Source: Rhodoferax sp. (GTDB lineage Bacteria > Pseudomonadota > Gammaproteobacteria > Burkholderiales > Burkholderiaceae_C). From it: a stretch of 49,663 nt of DNA. Below the pieces are notes generated by a model, which did no database searches, was not told the origin of the DNA, and saw only the letters and a list, made by a program, of their open reading frames with translations. The stretch lies in assembly GCA_049301075.1 (NCBI GenBank), contig JBAQKO010000064.1:1-49663 (forward strand). Reading direction: 5' to 3'. Below are positions 36,779 through 45,842 of the stretch, in pieces; position 1 is the stretch's first letter, and every line of letters starts with the position of its first letter. The translations under genes and the position numbers were made by a program.

Positions 36779-37543
36779 ATGCTGGATGGGAAGGTCATCG
36801 TCGTGACGGGTGGCGCGGGATTGCTGGGCAGTCGTTTTTGCGCTGCGATTGCCGAGCAGCGTGGCGTGGTCATCGTTGCCGATTTGAACTTGGCTGCGGC
36901 CGAGAAGGTTGCCGAAGGCATCAAGGCCGCCGGTGGCCGAGCTGAAGCCGCAGTTCTCAACATCACGGATACCGCATCGGTCGACGGGCTGATCGCATCC
37001 CTCCATGCACGCCATGGACATATCGACGCCGTGGTCAACAATGCCTACCCGCGTAACAAGAGCTGGGGAAGGAAGCTGGAGGAGGTGACCTATGCCGACT
37101 TCTGTGAAAACGTCGGCTTGCACCTGGGCGGCTATTTTCTGGTGGCGCAAAAATTCGCGCTTTATTTCCGTGCAAATGAGGGCGGCAATATTGTCAACCT
37201 GGCTTCAATCTACGGCACTCTCGCTCCGAGATTTGAAGTCTATGACGGCACGCAGATGACCACGCCGGTGGAGTATGCGGCGATCAAGTCCGCAGTGATT
37301 CAACTCACTCGTTATTTCGCGCAATATTTCAAGCAAGACGGTGTTCGCTGCAACGCGCTGTCGCCGAGCGGCATTCTTGACAAGCAGCCGGAGTCGTTCC
37401 TGAAAAGATATAACGCGCACTGTGGAACCAAGGGCATGCTTGAGCCGCAGGATATGACGGGGGCATTGGTATTTTTGCTATCCGATTCAAGTCGATACAT
37501 GACGGGACAAAATCTGATTATCGATGACGGATTTTGTCTGTGA
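36779..37543 (+). CDS. Short-chain dehydrogenase/reductase, PtmA/ElaC-like, copy 2
   Basis: TGGAGLLG, NNAYPRNK, ASIYG, PVEYAAIK, QPESF, GQNLIIDDG. Confidence 0.88.
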   Translation: MLDGKVIVVTGGAGLLGSRFCAAIAEQRGVVIVADLNLAAAEKVAEGIKAAGGRAEAAVLNITDTASVDGLIASLHARHGHIDAVVNNAYPRNKSWGRKLEEVTYADFCENVGLHLGGYFLVAQKFALYFRANEGGNIVNLASIYGTLAPRFEVYDGTQMTTPVEYAAIKSAVIQLTRYFAQYFKQDGVRCNALSPSGILDKQPESFLKRYNAHCGTKGMLEPQDMTGALVFLLSDSSRYMTGQNLIIDDGFCL

Positions 37544-38772
37544 ATCATCTGCTGCCAGTCAGTAATAATATGGAGCCAGCGGCCTGTCAGGCGGACCGCC
37601 AAGTCATGGCCATAATTGTTGCCAGTCCATTGACGCAGAACATCTACGACAGGATTGGCGTCGATGTATTCTCTCCTTTTTTTAGGGTTGTAATAATAGA
37701 TTGCCTGGATTGGGTGAGGCATGGCGGGCAGAAGTTGATTTATAAGGGAATTGAATGCCAGTCTGTTCACAAGGCGGGCGATGAATCGAAATTTCGCCAG
37801 GTATTCGAACGTGAGTCCCCTTCTTTTGTTCTCGATTTCATTGGAAGAGGACCACATACCCGAAGAATTCAGGATATATGCCGGGAATATAACGCCACAT
37901 ATATCATGCAACTGCTCACGCCGGCGCCAAACCCGATATCGCAATCATCCCTGCTTCAATCCTTCCGCATGCATCCCGTGGAAACGCTGGCGAAGGCGGT
38001 CAGATATTTAATGAGAAAGGTCTACGAGGCCAAACCACGACCACCCGACATTGCGCTATTGGCGGGCGCCGCCAGCAACAGTGGCTGGACAGACCAGGCG
38101 GGGAAGCGGATCCATACTGCAACGCCGGATTATTTTGATCTGTTGCGAGTCAAGAAGCAGGCGGGCGAGGGCAAGCTCCCACCCAACGGATTGCCCGCTG
38201 GGGACTACATCCTGTTCATCGACGACTGTCTGGCGATGAGTTTTGATTTTACCCTCGGAGCCTACCGGCCTATCTTTGAGGCAACTGAGTACTTCGCGAT
38301 GCTCAATGAGGTGTTTGGCCGCCTGGAAAAGCATTTCATGCTGCCGATTGTGGTGGCCGCCCATCCAAATGGAAAAGAATTCCCGGGCTACCAGCAATTA
38401 TTCGGAAGCCGAACGGTGTTGTTCGATGCCACAGGCAGACTGGCTCTAAATTGCAGTTTTGCAGTCACCCATTACTCCAGTGCAATTGCATATGCGGTGC
38501 TGCTGAGAAAAAAAATATTGCTGCTGAATTCAAAAAAGATCAAAAAAATGCATCAGGGGATGGTGATTGACTACATTTTGATGCAGTTGCAGTGTGGGCA
38601 GATTGAAATGGATGGCGATTCGGATGACTCGGCCTTGGAAAAATTTGCAAAAATGGAAGTCTCTGAATCAAGCTACAAAACATATGAAAAAAAATACATA
38701 AAGGATGTCGAAATGCCAGGCCGTAATCCTTTCGAGCATCTGCTGGAGTATTTGGTTGCTGCTGGTCGGTGA
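37534..38772 (+). CDS. Hypothetical protein, possible GT-B ulosonate transferase
   Basis: YILFIDD, VVAAHPNG (HP motif), THYSSA; AT-rich; start uncertain. Confidence 0.55.
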   Translation: MSVNHLLPVSNNMEPAACQADRQVMAIIVASPLTQNIYDRIGVDVFSPFFRVVIIDCLDWVRHGGQKLIYKGIECQSVHKAGDESKFRQVFERESPSFVLDFIGRGPHTRRIQDICREYNATYIMQLLTPAPNPISQSSLLQSFRMHPVETLAKAVRYLMRKVYEAKPRPPDIALLAGAASNSGWTDQAGKRIHTATPDYFDLLRVKKQAGEGKLPPNGLPAGDYILFIDDCLAMSFDFTLGAYRPIFEATEYFAMLNEVFGRLEKHFMLPIVVAAHPNGKEFPGYQQLFGSRTVLFDATGRLALNCSFAVTHYSSAIAYAVLLRKKILLLNSKKIKKMHQGMVIDYILMQLQCGQIEMDGDSDDSALEKFAKMEVSESSYKTYEKKYIKDVEMPGRNPFEHLLEYLVAAGR

Positions 38773-38814
38773 GTTTTAATATGGTGTTTCCACACAGATT
38801 GGAATGTAATCCTG

Positions 38815-39663
38815 ATGATTAAAAAAATCATAAACTTCATGTATGGTCTCCGGGACAGGCAGAGAATTATCATCAGCCTGACCAAGGGCGCTGCAATGAT
38901 GGGCGCGCGAAACGTCGATCTTCGGCTGCCAGAGACTTGGGAATTCTCCGGCTTCAGCCAGAACGGGGAGGACGGCATCCTTGACGTGCTCCGAAAGAAG
39001 CTGCTGAAGAGCAATCGATATTTCATCGAGATAGGGGCTGCCGACGGGATCGACAACAACTCGGCATGGCTGGTGATTGCGGAGAAGTACCGTGGGCTGA
39101 TGATCGAGGGCAGTCCGGAACTGGTGGCCCGTGCGAAGCGGATGGTTGCGCATTACAGTTTGGGCCTGACCTGCTTGAACATGTTTGTCGATGTCGATTC
39201 TGCGAAAGCCATTCGTGCCGCGGCTCAATTTGCCGATCCCGATATATTTTCCCTAGATATCGATGGCATTGACTATTACGTCGCCCGTGCGCTAATGGAC
39301 GCCGGCTTCAGGCCAAAAATATTCGTGGTTGAATACAATTCGGTCCATGGCCCCGATGCGGCCAGGACGATCAAGTACTCAAAAAACTTTGTCTATACCA
39401 AAGCGCACGATTCCGAACTCTATTACGGGGTGTCGATCATGGCGTGGAGAAAACTATTTGAAGGCTATGGCTATAAATTTGTCACGGTCGACCGAAATGG
39501 CGTGAATGCCTTCTTTGTTGACCCGGTTCATTTCGAGGGTGAATTCTTGGCCGACATCAAGCCGACGGAGTTCGCTGAAAACCAACTTCAACTGCTTAAA
39601 TTTCGCTCGGATCACGTGGAGCAATTTAAACTAATTCAAGCCATGGAATTTGAAGAGGTTTAG
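38815..39663 (+). CDS. Putative SAM-dependent methyltransferase (FkbM-like)
   Basis: FSQNGEDGIL, FIEIGAADG, SLDIDGIDY, VVEYN, GVNAFFV. Confidence 0.6.
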   Translation: MIKKIINFMYGLRDRQRIIISLTKGAAMMGARNVDLRLPETWEFSGFSQNGEDGILDVLRKKLLKSNRYFIEIGAADGIDNNSAWLVIAEKYRGLMIEGSPELVARAKRMVAHYSLGLTCLNMFVDVDSAKAIRAAAQFADPDIFSLDIDGIDYYVARALMDAGFRPKIFVVEYNSVHGPDAARTIKYSKNFVYTKAHDSELYYGVSIMAWRKLFEGYGYKFVTVDRNGVNAFFVDPVHFEGEFLADIKPTEFAENQLQLLKFRSDHVEQFKLIQAMEFEEV

Positions 39664-39698
39664 GGTTCAATCCCCTTCATTTGATCGGTTCAAGCTAC

Positions 39699-40763
39699 AT
39701 GACGAGTGATTCATTGCTTTCAATTTGTATTAATACGCGCAACAGGGCCGGTCTGCTCGGGGAAACATTGGATTCCCTGGTCGGGCAGATGATTCCTGGC
39801 GTGGAGATCGTGGTGCTGGATGGGGCGTCGGAGGACAATACGTCCGAACTGATGAGCGGCTACGCCGCGAAATACCCGTTCGTACGGTATGTTCGTTCGG
39901 ATGAAATAGTCGGCATTGACGATGGCTATGATTTGGCCGTCACGCACGCCAGGGGGCGCTACTGCTGGTTGATGACCGATGACGACTTGATTGTCGCAGG
40001 AGCCTTGGAGCAGCTTGTGGACAGGGTCCGCCAGGAGCCGGATTTGATCGTGATGAACATGGAGTGCTTCACGAAGGACTTTACGCTCGATCTTCAGCAG
40101 CGGTTCTTCAAAATTCATGAAGACCGGGCGTATTCTCAGGATAAGTTCGAGCAATTTCTTGGCGAGGTCGGCTATGGTCTTGCCTATATAGGTTGTGTCG
40201 TCATAAAAAGAAGCCTGTGGTATGAGAAGGATCGCGCCCGATTTGTGGGCTCGTATTTCATACATGTGGGCGTCATTCTGGGCAGCACCATGATCAAAAA
40301 AATCTTGTTCGTGCAACGCCCGTTGATAAAATACAGAAGTGCCAACAGTAGCTGGACGGCCAGAAGCTTCGAGATTTGGTATTTCAGGTGGCCGGAGCTG
40401 GTGTGGTCATTTGCGCATCTTTCGGAGGCGACCAAGAAGAGTATGGCGGATAGGACGCCATGGAGGCGCCCATTGACTTTGCTGAAGTCGCGGGCAATGG
40501 GGGAATTTGATACGGAGATTTTCAAGCGTTATTTGTCGGCTGAGAGTTCAGCGAAAACGCGCTTGATTTCATACCTGATTTCCAAAATCCCGGTTACGCC
40601 ACTGAGCCTGTTGTTGATTGTTTATTGCCTGATATTTAGAAGAAGTGGCCGCTACACATTGTATTGTTTGATGATGAGCTCGCCCTCCCCGACCCTCGCC
40701 AACAGTATTATCAGGATGTTTGGGGTGAAATTTCCCCTCGCAAGTGCGCCTGCCGTGATTTGA
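39699..40763 (+). CDS. GT2 glycosyltransferase (abequosyltransferase WbaV/RfbV-like)
   Basis: LSICINTRNRA, DGASEDNT, GRYCWLMTDDD. Confidence 0.82.
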   Translation: MTSDSLLSICINTRNRAGLLGETLDSLVGQMIPGVEIVVLDGASEDNTSELMSGYAAKYPFVRYVRSDEIVGIDDGYDLAVTHARGRYCWLMTDDDLIVAGALEQLVDRVRQEPDLIVMNMECFTKDFTLDLQQRFFKIHEDRAYSQDKFEQFLGEVGYGLAYIGCVVIKRSLWYEKDRARFVGSYFIHVGVILGSTMIKKILFVQRPLIKYRSANSSWTARSFEIWYFRWPELVWSFAHLSEATKKSMADRTPWRRPLTLLKSRAMGEFDTEIFKRYLSAESSAKTRLISYLISKIPVTPLSLLLIVYCLIFRRSGRYTLYCLMMSSPSPTLANSIIRMFGVKFPLASAPAVI

Positions 40764-40783
40764 ATTTTGAATAATTAACTTGA

Positions 40784-41470
40784 ATGAGTATAAAAGTGAA
40801 AAAGATAATTGGTAAACTTCTCAGGAAATTTGGACTCCAGATTTCCCGCTCCAATGGTATACCTGCCAGTTACAAGCTGCTGAATAACAACCGGTACTTC
40901 CAGGACAAGTTCAATAAAATCGAGCATCTGGATGGCGATGTCGTTGAGTGTGGGGTGGGGTTTGGCCACACGCTTCTGTTGTTGCTGCACCAGACTTACG
41001 TCGGGAGCAAAAAACGGACTTTATGGGCGTTTGACTCATTCGAAGGTTTCCCTGAGCCGTCGCCTGAGGATAAGAGCGACCGGAACCCGAAGAAGGGCGA
41101 GTGGAAGGTCATTACGCAGGCTGATCTCGACGATATCTTCTTCCGGCGCTGCGGGATGCCATCGGCGGCGAAGAAGTTGCTGAAGATCACGAGAGGCTAC
41201 TTCAACGATACCTTACCGACGAGCCCGGTCGAGAAGATCGCGTTATTGCATCTGGATGTCGATCTCTATGATTCCTATAAGGTGTGCCTGCACAACTTGT
41301 GGGGAAAAGTGCAGGTGGGTGGCATAGTTCTATTTGATGAGTACAAGCAAAAGGATACGCAGAAGGTTTTCCCTGGAGCTGCGCGGGCCATTGACGAGTT
41401 CTTCAACGACAAAAAACAGAACATTCAATACGACGCCGAATTCGACAAGTATTATTTGGTGAAACTGTAG
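40784..41470 (+). CDS. TylF/MycF/NovP family sugar O-methyltransferase
   Basis: GDVVECGV, FDSFEGFP, GYFNDTLP, LHLDVDLY, FDEY. Confidence 0.88.
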   Translation: MSIKVKKIIGKLLRKFGLQISRSNGIPASYKLLNNNRYFQDKFNKIEHLDGDVVECGVGFGHTLLLLLHQTYVGSKKRTLWAFDSFEGFPEPSPEDKSDRNPKKGEWKVITQADLDDIFFRRCGMPSAAKKLLKITRGYFNDTLPTSPVEKIALLHLDVDLYDSYKVCLHNLWGKVQVGGIVLFDEYKQKDTQKVFPGAARAIDEFFNDKKQNIQYDAEFDKYYLVKL

Positions 41471-41572
41471 TTTTGCAGGGCCGCCCGCTTCCTTCGGGTT
41501 GCCATTCGCCGCGGGTATTGTGTCAGGCGAGGATCGCCGGAGTGATGGTCTGTTTACGAACGAGCTAGGACA

Positions 41573-42658
41573 ATGAAAAAAGTTGCTTTAATTACCGGGA
41601 TCACAGGGCAGGACGGCGCCTATCTGGCGGAGTTGCTGCTGCAAAAAGGCTATATCGTGCATGGCCTCAAGCGGCGTGCGTCGATGTTCAACACCGCCCG
41701 CATTGATCACCTCTACACTGATCCGCACGAAAAAAACGTCTGTTTCTTTTTGCATCACGGCGACCTGACGGATTCCTCCAATCTGATCCGCCTCATCCAG
41801 CAGATCCAGCCGGATGAAATCTACAATCTGGCAGCCCAGAGCCATGTGGCCGTTTCGTTTGAGGTACCTGAATATACGGCCGACTCCGATGCCCTTGGCA
41901 CGCTGCGCATTCTCGAAGCTATTCGTATCCTCGGCCTGGAGAAGAAGACCCGTTTCTATCAGGCCTCCACCTCCGAGCTTTTCGGTCTGGTGCAGGAAAC
42001 ACCGCAGAAGGAAACGACCCCGTTTTACCCCCGCTCTCCTTATGCAGTGGCCAAGCTTTACGCCTACTGGATTACGGTCAACTACCGGGAGGCGTATGGC
42101 ATGTTTGCCTGTAACGGAATTCTGTTCAATCATGAATCTCCGATACGCGGTGAGAACTTCGTGACGCGAAAGATCACGCGCGCCTTGGCTCGCATCAAGC
42201 TTGGTTTGCAGGGGTGCCTCTATCTGGGTAACCTTAATGCGAAAAGAGACTGGGGACATGCCAAGGACTATGTCGAAGCGCAATGGCTGATGCTGCAACA
42301 GGACAGCCCCGAGGACTTTGTGATCGCTACCGGCGAGCAGTACAGCGTGCGTGATTTTGTAAACATCGCCGCCAAAGAACTGGGAATGGACATTCGCTGG
42401 GAAGGCGACGGCGTGAATGAAAAAGGATATGGCCAGTCTGGGGCATGCATTGTGTCGGTGGATCCGCGCTATTTCCGGCCGGCCGAGGTGGAGAGCCTTC
42501 TTGGGGATCCGTCCAAGGCAAAGTCAAAGCTCGGCTGGCGCGCAAAAATCTCGTTTGCTGAACTGGTTATGGAAATGGTGCGCGAGGATCTCAAGACGGC
42601 CGAACGCGACGAACTGGTGAAACGCCACGGGTACTATACGAACGAATACCACGAGTAG
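41573..42658 (+). CDS. gmd: GDP-mannose 4,6-dehydratase
   Basis: [56 protein letters not shown]. Confidence 0.95.
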   Translation: MKKVALITGITGQDGAYLAELLLQKGYIVHGLKRRASMFNTARIDHLYTDPHEKNVCFFLHHGDLTDSSNLIRLIQQIQPDEIYNLAAQSHVAVSFEVPEYTADSDALGTLRILEAIRILGLEKKTRFYQASTSELFGLVQETPQKETTPFYPRSPYAVAKLYAYWITVNYREAYGMFACNGILFNHESPIRGENFVTRKITRALARIKLGLQGCLYLGNLNAKRDWGHAKDYVEAQWLMLQQDSPEDFVIATGEQYSVRDFVNIAAKELGMDIRWEGDGVNEKGYGQSGACIVSVDPRYFRPAEVESLLGDPSKAKSKLGWRAKISFAELVMEMVREDLKTAERDELVKRHGYYTNEYHE

Positions 42659-42762
42659 TCCATTGAAGTGACCATTCGCGGCGCCGCCACTGATCTGCTT
42701 CCCATCCGGTTTCCCGTTTGCGCCTGCGTGGCCAGGCCGGCAATAGAATTTATTCATAGCAA

Positions 42763-43728
42763 ATGCCCACAGCCCTAATTACAGGCGTCACTGGCCAGGA
42801 TGGATCGTACCTGGCGGAGTTCCTTTCCGCGAAGGGCTACCGGGTCGTTGGCGCGGTGAGGGATATAGCGCGCGCGCAAAAGACGGTTCCCGCACTCCAG
42901 CCCCTTGGGGTTGAATTGGTTGCATGGGACATGCTGGATCAGCGCCGGATGACGGAGGTCTTGGCGGCGTATCGTCCGGCTGAGATCTATAACTTCGCGG
43001 CCTATTCGTCGGGCTCCGGCATGTTCGCCGACCCCGTAGGCATGGGTGAAGTGAACGGACTTTCAGTAGTGCACCTGCTGGAAGCCATCCGCGAGGTCGA
43101 CGCGAGCATCCGTCTTTGTCAGGCATCCAGCAGCGAGCTCTTCGGCGATGCCGTGGAAAGCCCGCAATCCGAGAAAACACCCTTTTTTCCGCGCAGCCCT
43201 TATGGTGTCGCAAAGTTGTACGCGCACTCCATGATCCGGGTTTACCGGAAGCACTTCGGATTGTCGGCGTGCTCGGCGATTCTGTTCAATCATGAAAGCC
43301 CCCGGCGGGGCTTGGGTTTTGTCACCAGAAAAATAACCCATCAAGCAGCCCGGATCAAACTTGGTTCGGCGGATGAGCTTCGTCTCGGAAATCTGGACGC
43401 GCGTCGCGACTGGGGCTTCGCTGGGGACTATGTGCGCGCCATGTGGTTGATGTTGCAGCAGCCGATCGTCGATGACTATGTGGTGGCCACGGGTGAAACG
43501 CATTCAGTGCGTGACCTGTGTGAAATGGCCTTCAGTCATATAGGATTGGACTACCGTGCTTTCGTGCGTGAGGACCCCGCGGCCTTTCGTCCGGATGAGT
43601 CAGTGCAGTTGGTGGGGAACGCGACAAAAGTGCGCAAACAACTCGGATGGAGCCCTGAGGTGGGACTTCGGGAGATGATTGGTGCGATGGTTGACGCCGA
43701 TGTGAGCCAGCTTGGTGGACAGAATTAA
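42763..43728 (+). CDS. Second, divergent GMD-family GDP-sugar 4,6-dehydratase
   Basis: ITGVTGQDGSYL, QASSSELFG, PRSPYGVAK, LFNHESPRR, RDWGFA; canonical AAQSHV is replaced by AAYSSG. Confidence 0.85.
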   Translation: MPTALITGVTGQDGSYLAEFLSAKGYRVVGAVRDIARAQKTVPALQPLGVELVAWDMLDQRRMTEVLAAYRPAEIYNFAAYSSGSGMFADPVGMGEVNGLSVVHLLEAIREVDASIRLCQASSSELFGDAVESPQSEKTPFFPRSPYGVAKLYAHSMIRVYRKHFGLSACSAILFNHESPRRGLGFVTRKITHQAARIKLGSADELRLGNLDARRDWGFAGDYVRAMWLMLQQPIVDDYVVATGETHSVRDLCEMAFSHIGLDYRAFVREDPAAFRPDESVQLVGNATKVRKQLGWSPEVGLREMIGAMVDADVSQLGGQN

Positions 43729-43750
43729 AAAATCAGACAGGATTGAAAAC

Positions 43751-44989
43751 ATGTACAGGAAAGTCGATAAATGCAGGATCTGTGGCAACACGCACTTGGT
43801 GTTGGTGCTCGATTTGGGCGAGCAGATGCTGACCGGGGTTTTTCCGCGCGGCAAGGAGGCTGCAGTCACGTCCGGGCCCCTGCAACTGGTGAAGTGCATG
43901 GGCGGCCCAGAAGTGTGCGGCCTCCTGCAGCTTGCGCATTCCTACAGTCTGGACGAGATGTACGGCGAGAACTACGGATACCGCTCTGGTCTGAACACCA
44001 GCATGGTGGCGCATCTTCACGGCAAGGTGCAGAGGATCCTGCGGCAGGTCGAACTGTCCGACGGAGACCTTGTGATTGACATCGGCAGTAACGACAGCAC
44101 GACTTTACAGGCTTATCCGGTTGAGGGGACCGTCTTGGTTGGCGTAGATCCCACGGGCGTCAAATTCAAGCACTATTACCCGCCGCATATTCAACTGATT
44201 CCGGACTTCTTTTCTGCAGCGCTGGTCAAAGAGCGGTTTCCGGGCCAGAAAGCCAAGGTGGTCACTTCCTTCTCCATGTTTTATGACCTGGAAGATCCGA
44301 TGGCGTTTATGCGCCAAGTACACGATGTACTCGCTGATGATGGCGTCTGGGTGTTTGAGCAGAGCTACATGCCGACCATGCTCGAGAAGAATTCATACGA
44401 CACGGTTTGCCATGAGCACTTGGAATTCTATGCGCTGCATCAAATAAAGTGGATGGCGGATAGGGTGGGGTTCAAGATTGTCGATGTTGAATTCAACGAT
44501 GTAAACGGCGGCAGTTTCTCTGTCACCGTCACCAAAAACAAAGGTGATCTGGCAGTTAATCACGCAGTGCAGAAGATTCTTGATGAAGAACATGCGAAAG
44601 GATTAAATACCCTGGCCCCTTACGCTGCGTTCGCAGAGAGAGTTGCACGAACGAAAAGTGCTCTTCTGAAGTTTATTGAATCGGCGCTTGCCCAACAAAA
44701 AACCATTGCTGCGATCGGTGCCTCTACGAAGGGCAATGTCCTGCTGCAATACTGCGGCATTACGACAAAAGAAATCAAGTTTGTAGGCGAAGTCAACGCT
44801 GAAAAATTTGGCTGCTTTACGCCGGGCACTTGGCTGCCGATCATTCAGGAAAGTGTTCTGCTGGCGACAAAACCAGACTATCTGCTGGTGTTGCCCTGGC
44901 ATTTCAGGGAGTTCTTTGTAAAGAGCAAAAATTTTCGTGGAATGAATCTTGTATTTCCTTTGCCCGAACTTGAGATTGTCAAGGTCTAA
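43751..44989 (+). CDS. NDP-4-keto-6-deoxyhexose C-methyltransferase (TcaB9/EryBIII/NovU family)
   Basis: N-terminal zinc site CRICG...C..CGLLQL, DIGSND, HEH, NGGS, GASTKGN, VLPWHF; start moved to ATG 43751. Confidence 0.88.
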   Translation: MYRKVDKCRICGNTHLVLVLDLGEQMLTGVFPRGKEAAVTSGPLQLVKCMGGPEVCGLLQLAHSYSLDEMYGENYGYRSGLNTSMVAHLHGKVQRILRQVELSDGDLVIDIGSNDSTTLQAYPVEGTVLVGVDPTGVKFKHYYPPHIQLIPDFFSAALVKERFPGQKAKVVTSFSMFYDLEDPMAFMRQVHDVLADDGVWVFEQSYMPTMLEKNSYDTVCHEHLEFYALHQIKWMADRVGFKIVDVEFNDVNGGSFSVTVTKNKGDLAVNHAVQKILDEEHAKGLNTLAPYAAFAERVARTKSALLKFIESALAQQKTIAAIGASTKGNVLLQYCGITTKEIKFVGEVNAEKFGCFTPGTWLPIIQESVLLATKPDYLLVLPWHFREFFVKSKNFRGMNLVFPLPELEIVKV

Positions 44990-45055
44990 GTTCGCTCCCA
45001 TCTTCCCTGACTGCCTAGAGAATAGATGTTGATGTTTATTATGTTGTGAACAGCA

Positions 45056-45841
45056 ATGAAAAAAATAAAAGTAGTTATTTTGTGTGGGGGGTTGGGCACT
45101 CGGCTTTCCGAGGAAACACAGATAAAGCCAAAGCCCATGGTGGAGATTGGTGGGCGCCCCATGTTGTGGCACATCATGAAAATATATGAAAGGCATGGGT
45201 TCAATGATTTCACATTGGCGCTGGGATACAAGGGGGAGGTGATCAAGGATTACTTCACGAATTACCATGCGCGTCAGAGTGATCTGACGGTCCATCTCCG
45301 GAAGGGGAATGTCGAATATTCAAATCCGACAGCAGAAGATTGGCATGTCTCTTTGATTGACACCGGCGCGCAAACCATGACAGGAGGGCGTTTGCTTCGC
45401 TTGAAGGAGTTGATTTCGGCCACCAACACCACTTTCATGCTCACTTACGGTGATGGCGTAAGCAATGTTGATCTCGGCAAGTTGCTGGCGTTCCATCGGG
45501 CGCACGGGAAACTCGCCACCGTGACGGCAGTCAGGCCATCAGCCAGGTTTGGCGGTCTGGATATCAATGATGGCCGGGTGCTCAATTTCAAGGAAAAACC
45601 CCAATCCGGCGAGGGATGGATCAACGGAGGTTATTTTGTATTTGAGCAAGGGGTCTTTGACTATCTGGATGACGACGCGACGGTGCTCGAACGAAAACCG
45701 CTGGAAAATCTTGTGCGAGATGGTCAATTGATGGCGTACCAGCATGACGACTACTGGCAGTGCATGGACACGATACGAGACCGTGATGCATTGCAGGAGA
45801 CATGGGATAGTGGCGCAGCCCCTTGGATGGTTGGTCCGTAA
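45056..45841 (+). CDS. rfbF: Glucose-1-phosphate cytidylyltransferase
   Basis: GGLGTRLSEET, PKPMVEIG, WHIMK, TMTGGRL, TYGDG, INGGYF, WQCMDT. Confidence 0.94.
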   Translation: MKKIKVVILCGGLGTRLSEETQIKPKPMVEIGGRPMLWHIMKIYERHGFNDFTLALGYKGEVIKDYFTNYHARQSDLTVHLRKGNVEYSNPTAEDWHVSLIDTGAQTMTGGRLLRLKELISATNTTFMLTYGDGVSNVDLGKLLAFHRAHGKLATVTAVRPSARFGGLDINDGRVLNFKEKPQSGEGWINGGYFVFEQGVFDYLDDDATVLERKPLENLVRDGQLMAYQHDDYWQCMDTIRDRDALQETWDSGAAPWMVGP

Positions 45842-45842
45842 C

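Noticed and set aside
38508..38694. A8 tracts (also G8 at 5007-5014 and T8 at 36760-36767) as phase-variation sites
   Set aside because: The tracts are short and the frames intact; the coding ones are explained by Lys or Gly codons.
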